Shown here: positions 63,529 through 64,000 of the stretch, piece by piece
How positions within the stretch are numbered: position 1 is the stretch's first letter
Layout of the letters: each line of letters opens with the position of its first letter
NCBI RefSeq assembly: GCF_009914755.1
Contig: NC_060928.1
Source of the DNA: the human T2T-CHM13v2.0 reference genome, Homo sapiens
Reading direction: 5' to 3' (one strand)
DNA length: 64,000 nt
The notes under the pieces: generated by a model
Told to the model about the DNA's origin: nothing
The model's database searches: none
What the model saw: only the letters and a program-made list of their open reading frames with translations
Program-made: the position numbers and the translations under genes

Positions 63529-64000
63529 TTTTTTATTATATTTTAACTTCTGTAGTACATGTGCACTACGTGCAGGTTTGTTAAATAGTTATAATGTGCC
63601 ATGTTGGTTTGCTGCACCCAACAACTCATCATCTACATTAGGTATTTCTCCTAATGCTATCCCTCCCCTAGACCTCCACCCCACAACAGGCCCCAGTGTG
63701 TGATGTTCCCCTCCCTGTGTCCATGTGTTCTCATTGTTCTTCTCCCACTTATGAGTGAGAACATGTGGTGTTGTTTTTCTCTTCTTGTGTTATTTTGCTG
63801 AGAATGATGGTTTCTAGTTTCATCTATGTCCCTGCAAAGGACATGAACTCATCCTTTTTTATGGCTGCATAGTATTCTGTGGTATATATGTGCCACATTT
63901 TCGTTATCCAGTCTATCTTTGATGGACATTTGGATTGATTCCAAAACTTTGATATTGTGAACAGCCTGCAATAAACATATGTTTGCATATGTCTTTATAG
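63529..64000 (-). mobile_element. L1PA7-like 3' end, running off the window edge
   Basis: Antisense 3' UTR 'tttattatattttaacttctgtagtacatgtgc...ttaggtatttctcctaatgctatccctcccctagacctccacccc'. Confidence 0.95.

Overview
This is AT-rich, CpG-depleted primate genomic DNA (human or another anthropoid, judged from its Alu, THE1B and L1PA elements). It looks like a large intron or intergenic region; it is not prokaryotic, and I see no CRISPR array, rRNA, tRNA or intact protein-coding gene. The recognisable ORFs in the track are decayed transposon genes or Alu read-throughs; the rest look like chance. Main elements: 11 Alus; a 5'-complete but 3'-truncated L1PA7/8-like element (23084-28872, +); a complete THE1B-like MaLR provirus (46651-48969, -) inserted inside an AluJ; a decayed ERVL (LTR16) provirus with readable RT remnants (about 56995-60980, -); several solo LTRs; HAL1; old L1M, L2 and MIR fragments; and DNA-transposon MITEs. 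Subfamily names come from my memory of consensus sequences and need RepeatMasker/Dfam confirmation. Best leads: (1) a minus-strand L1PA7-like 3' end at the right edge reaches the same consensus position where the plus-strand L1 stops, which may mean one L1 was split by a ~35-kb inversion; (2) a recursive-splice-site-like module on the minus strand (53650-53730); (3) a candidate minus-strand terminal exon (30895-31117); (4) a 59-bp templated insertion copied from 757 bp away; (5) a template-switch palindrome scar (38035-38100). I cannot support a claim of a new biological system from this sequence alone.
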